Of a stretch of DNA of 64,000 nucleotides, positions 60,318 to 64,000 are shown piece by piece. This stretch comes from Candidatus Latescibacterota bacterium. GTDB taxonomy: Bacteria > Latescibacterota > UBA2968 > SICM01. Made by a program: the position numbers and the translations under genes. Location of the stretch: NCBI GenBank assembly GCA_965217865.1, contig CBDCJO010000002.1, forward strand, positions 2,176,001 through 2,240,000. The letters are read 5' to 3'. Each line of letters opens with the position of its first letter. The first letter of the stretch is position 1. The notes beneath the pieces are model-generated. The model was given only the letters and a program-made list of their open reading frames with translations. It searched no databases and was not told the DNA's origin.

Positions 60318-61934
60318 CTACTTTTTGGTCCTTTTCTTAACCTGTTCAATCATCAACTGCTGGCCCCAGCTGAGTAGGTTAAACATAGTCCAGTAGAGAA
60401 CCAAACCGGAAGACATCCCCCAGAAAAAAAAGATCATCATAGCCGGCATCATATAGACCATCATCTTCTGTTTAGGATCTGTCAACGTCTTCTTTTGTTG
60501 AAAAAACATGGTTAAGGCCATCATAAGGGGAAGCACGTGTATCTGAATCCCCTCGGGTTGCGACAAGTCGTCGATCCACAGAACAAAGGGGGCTTGCCTT
60601 AATTCAATCGCATTCTGGAACACGTTAAACAAGGCAAAAAGGATAGGCATCTGGAACAACATCGGCATGCAACCCCCCAGCGGATTGACCCCTTTTTCCT
60701 TGTATAATCGCATCATTTCCTGGTTCACGCGTTGCTGGTCCTTCGGGTACTTTTCCCGAAGTTCAGTAATCTGAGGCTGAACTTCCTGCATTCTGGCCAT
60801 CGACTCATAGCTCTTGTGCGTCAGTGGATATAATGCGATCTTGACCAATATTGAGAACAGTATGATCACCAGGCCATAGTTAGACACCAGCACGTGGATC
60901 ATCATGAATATCTTCAATATCCCGATCCCAATCGGTTCCATCAGCCCTCTTGCCCAATCCCATCCCCAACTCATAGCCTGTTGAAGCCCTCCTTCATACT
61001 GGCTTAGGATAGAATACGAGATCGGCCCCCCATATACTCTTCCCGCTATAAAACCTTTTTGGGACTCTCCGACGATTCCGATGTCAAACCGCTTCCCTCC
61101 GTCTGGGTCCGCGGTTTCTTCGACAACTTTCATCGCATAACGGCCCTGGATTTCTGGGACAAATGCAACCAGAAAATATTTGCTCCTAAGCCCAACCCAA
61201 CCTCCCTGCCCACTGGGCCGGGACTGGTCGCTCCTGGCTTCTTCAACGTCCCACGATTCAACCTCTCCTCCCATAAAGGTCACGACCCTGGTGTGATTCA
61301 GCTCATCTTGATAATTCTTCTCGCCTCTCCCGAGACCGCCCCGCCACTCCAGCGTGCATTTTCGATCCGACAGTTCCCCCCTGACCCGAACATCAACCTC
61401 CAGATCGTATCGGTTTCCGACCACACTCACACTTTTTTCGATTGTGCTATTTTTCCATTTTACTGACCAGTTAACCGTCGCGGTTTCATCACCACTCAGA
61501 GAGAGTGACTCGATCCCGGGATCAAACATAACGTCCGAAAGATCGTGGTCGCCCACCGTAACCACACATCCAACCCCACCTTCCCCAACCAGGTCAACTG
61601 GTTTTCCACCCTTACCATCAAGATACCCCTTGAGGATCCAACTTTTTAAGGCACCTCCGCGGGTGCTCCATCGAGAAATAAACAGGTCGTTCTCCACCAC
61701 GATTTCTCGCTCATCAACCCTCACATCCTTCTCTTCCGGTGGGTGGGTCTCTTCGGTTATTTCAATCTTTTTTGGGCGGGGAACCGCAACGATTTCTTCG
61801 GAGACCTCGGGATAGGAGGAATCCACCCTTTCCGCTTTTTGGGGGTCTTTGCCCATCAACCATTCCTGGTATTTGGGGGTCAATAGAATCACTATTCCGA
61901 TGAGTACAAAAGCAAAGAGAACTCGCCTATCCAT
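60318..61934 (-). CDS. yidC: Membrane protein insertase YidC
   Basis: N-terminal TM segment, periplasmic domain, NYGLVII, GVNPLGGCMP, WIDDLS, GLVLYW. Confidence 0.96.
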   Translation of the reverse strand: MDRRVLFAFVLIGIVILLTPKYQEWLMGKDPQKAERVDSSYPEVSEEIVAVPRPKKIEITEETHPPEEKDVRVDEREIVVENDLFISRWSTRGGALKSWILKGYLDGKGGKPVDLVGEGGVGCVVTVGDHDLSDVMFDPGIESLSLSGDETATVNWSVKWKNSTIEKSVSVVGNRYDLEVDVRVRGELSDRKCTLEWRGGLGRGEKNYQDELNHTRVVTFMGGEVESWDVEEARSDQSRPSGQGGWVGLRSKYFLVAFVPEIQGRYAMKVVEETADPDGGKRFDIGIVGESQKGFIAGRVYGGPISYSILSQYEGGLQQAMSWGWDWARGLMEPIGIGILKIFMMIHVLVSNYGLVIILFSILVKIALYPLTHKSYESMARMQEVQPQITELREKYPKDQQRVNQEMMRLYKEKGVNPLGGCMPMLFQMPILFALFNVFQNAIELRQAPFVLWIDDLSQPEGIQIHVLPLMMALTMFFQQKKTLTDPKQKMMVYMMPAMMIFFFWGMSSGLVLYWTMFNLLSWGQQLMIEQVKKRTKK

Positions 61935-61996
61935 AAGCCGCCTTCAGGAAATTATTATGGCCTTTTCAACTAAACCGTGAGATTAAAATTTTGATT

Positions 61997-62025
61997 ATAT
62001 TACCTCGGGGCTTATGAGATGTCAA
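61997..62025 (-). promoter_or_regulatory. Sigma70 promoter for yidC
   Basis: TTGACA-17 bp-TAATAT on the minus strand. Confidence 0.65.
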
Positions 62026-62056
62026 GCGTTTATTGTTGTAAAGCCCATCTATTCTA

Positions 62057-63218
62057 GTACTTACTTGCTAAAGAAGGCGTAATTAATTATATTCCTGACC
62101 ATAGATTGGCTCCCCCTGGATCACACCCTCTGAGGAGACCACCGCTATGGGCAGGATCGCACCGGTTATCGAACTCAGCGACAAGGATCGCGAAACGTTT
62201 TCAACGTGGACCCGCTCGGGCAAGGCCGAGCAACGACTGGTTTTACGAGCACGTATTGTTCTGTCTGCTGCGCGCGGCGGTCAAAACCGTGACATCGCGC
62301 GTGAACTCGGCACACGCGAAGCGACGGTCAGCAAGTGGCGGAGCCGCTTCCACCAGGTTGGACTGAAGGGACTACAGGACAAGCCACGTCCCGGCAAACC
62401 TTCTAAATACACCCCGTCCACCGAAAAGAGCATCCTGGCGGCCCTGGATAAGTCGCCGCCTAAGGGATACGCCACCTGGACGGGTCCGTTGCTTGCCGAA
62501 AAGCTGGGCATCTCCGAGCACTACGTCTGGCGTATCTTGCGCAAGCACCAGATCTCTCTGGCCAGACGCCGGAGCTGGTGTATCAGCACGGACCCCGAGT
62601 TTGTCCCAAAGGCCGCCGCCATCGTGGGCATGTACCTGGATCCGCCCGAGAACGCCGTAGTTCTTTGCGTAGACGAGAAGCCTGCAATCCAGGCGCTGGA
62701 ACGCGCCCAGGGATGGCTCAAACTGCCCAATGGCAAAGCCCTGACGGGCTTCAACCACGAGTATAAACGCAACGGTACGACCACCTTGTTCGCCGCCCTG
62801 AACGTGGCGACCGGTCTGGTCAAAACCGGTCACTTCAAGCGGCGCAGACGACGGCAGTTTCTGAGGTTTATGAACGAACTCGTAGTGGACTACCCGGATC
62901 AGGAAATTCACGTCATCCTGGACAACCTGAACACCCACAAGCCCAAGATCGACCGCTGGTTGCCGAAACACCCAAACGTCCATCTCTACTACACGCCCAC
63001 CCACGCTTCTTGGCTCAACGAAGTCGAGATCTGGTTCAGCATCCTATGGAAGAGAGCGCTCCGAAACGCCAGCTTTACATCGATCCAGCAGGTTCGTCAG
63101 GCCATCACCGAATTCACCGAAGTTTACAACGAAACCGCTCACCCTTTCGAGTGGAAAGCCACAGAAATCCGGGCGAAAACCCTCAAGAGTAAATACACTG
63201 ATTTATGCAATTAAGTAC
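62057..63218 (+). mobile_element. IS630-family insertion sequence
   Basis: Inverted ends GTACTTACTTGC / GCAATTAAGTAC flanked by duplicated TA within a CTAG target. Confidence 0.9.
62147..63214 (+). CDS. IS630 transposase
   Basis: HTH, VDEKPAIQALER, YKRNGT, ILDNLNTH, SWLNEVEIWF. Confidence 0.95.
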   Translation: MGRIAPVIELSDKDRETFSTWTRSGKAEQRLVLRARIVLSAARGGQNRDIARELGTREATVSKWRSRFHQVGLKGLQDKPRPGKPSKYTPSTEKSILAALDKSPPKGYATWTGPLLAEKLGISEHYVWRILRKHQISLARRRSWCISTDPEFVPKAAAIVGMYLDPPENAVVLCVDEKPAIQALERAQGWLKLPNGKALTGFNHEYKRNGTTTLFAALNVATGLVKTGHFKRRRRRQFLRFMNELVVDYPDQEIHVILDNLNTHKPKIDRWLPKHPNVHLYYTPTHASWLNEVEIWFSILWKRALRNASFTSIQQVRQAITEFTEVYNETAHPFEWKATEIRAKTLKSKYTDLCN

Positions 63219-63221
63219 TAG

Positions 63222-63400
63222 TTTATTTTGAACTGGATAAATAAGGATCTTTGGGGGGGGTTGTGTTAAAAGTAATGAAAAATGCTTCTCGCAATCAAAC
63301 AGAAAATTCGACCTGACAGCCTATATAGTGTGTTTATAATTATAAATATACAATATATTGTGTTTTTGCTGTTCTGGTGGGTTTTTTTAAAAATCCGGAG
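63222..63400. other. Candidate oriC region (AT-rich)
   Basis: AT-rich tract at 63322-63370, upstream of dnaA and near parS; only degenerate DnaA boxes seen (e.g. TGTGTTAAA at 63262). Confidence 0.4.
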
Positions 63401-63408
63401 AAATCCCC

Positions 63409-63437
63409 TTGACATTCTCCGTCCGTTTTTTTAGTTT
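63409..63437 (+). promoter_or_regulatory. Sigma70 promoter for dnaA
   Basis: TTGACA-17 bp-TAGTTT. Confidence 0.55.
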
Positions 63438-63723
63438 GTCCTCGGTTTAAATCCCCCGGGTTCCAAATCCCTCCCCCAAATCTACTTTTCTCCAATCAAG
63501 TTTCACCTCAAAGATCTTCCCCCCAGAGTCTTTGATATTATATTTCGTTTGAAGTCTCACAACGCAAGTTGCCTGCCATTTATTTATCTCCCCCAGGGCG
63601 ATTATCTGTTTTACCAGTATAGATTTACCGCTGTCTATTTGGTTTTGCTGTGCCCAAATGCCTACATCGGCGATTCCCATTCGAAATCGTTATCCTGAAA
63701 CTTCCAACTCAATAATTCAACAC

Positions 63724-64000
63724 ATGAGCACCAGAATAGCACCTCTTCCCAATCTTCCCTTGCTCTGGAATCAGTGCCTTGCTTCAATCGAGTCCAGGAT
63801 TCAAAGGCAGAGCTACAACACCTGGTTCAGGCCGACCCATCTTGTCGAATGCACTGCAGAAAACGCAGTCGTTCAAGTCCCGAGTAATTTTTTTGCCGAC
63901 TGGCTTGAAGAACACTATCTTGAATTGATCAAATCCATCCTTTCCGAACAAACCGGGAGAACTACAGATGTGAGTTTTTGCGTCACATCGAACCCTCCCA
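63724..64000 (+). CDS. dnaA: Chromosomal replication initiator DnaA (5' part, runs off the window)
   Basis: Manual translation LWNQCLASIESRIQRQSYNTWFRPT..VPSNFFADWLEEHY is DnaA domain I; not in the ORF track. Confidence 0.92.
   Translation, partial: MSTRIAPLPNLPLLWNQCLASIESRIQRQSYNTWFRPTHLVECTAENAVVQVPSNFFADWLEEHYLELIKSILSEQTGRTTDVSFCVTSNPP

Noticed and set aside
63447-63680. 77-aa minus-strand ORF as rpmH or rnpA
   Set aside because: Lacks the MKRTxQP start and the RNR motif; lies within the dnaA leader
1-64000. CRISPR array, prophage, rRNA or anti-phage defence genes
   Set aside because: No spaced direct repeats, phage structural genes, rRNA signatures or defence motifs were recognised by eye

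Overview
GC-rich bacterial chromosome segment next to the replication origin; gene content suggests an FCB-group lineage such as Latescibacterota (inference, not tested). It has four parts. (1) 1-6.1 kb: housekeeping genes (rng end, rplU, rpmA, mdh, orphan fliL, SDR, thiS-thiG, DegT aminotransferase, tRNA-Asp). (2) 6.4-31.4 kb: a sigma54/sigma28 flagellar cluster that appears to be decaying. Three large deletions create chimeric genes (fliI::flgE, flbD::fliN, fliR::flhA), fliG is absent, and there are several frameshifts, a nonsense codon, a GAFTGA->GAFTRA change in the activator, an IS1595 element and an IS3 element splitting fliO. Three sigma54 promoters are each preceded by a pair of 13-bp GGAAA-N3-TTTCC-like sites. 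(3) 31.5-59.3 kb: an envelope-associated DUF4159/DUF4175/TPR/amidotransferase-like cluster, flippase, priA, frameshifted rodZ-like gene, maf, dtd, lptD, a cNMP-PAS kinase, rsmB-PASTA-rpe, and ffh-rpsP-rimM-trmD-rplS with a cobalamin radical SAM gene coupled to trmD. (4) 59.4-64 kb: rsmG, two parS sites, yidC, an IS630 element, an AT-rich candidate oriC and the start of dnaA; rpmH, rnpA, yidD, mnmE, mnmG and parAB are not found at their usual positions. All calls come from manual reading and motif recognition; no database searches were run.
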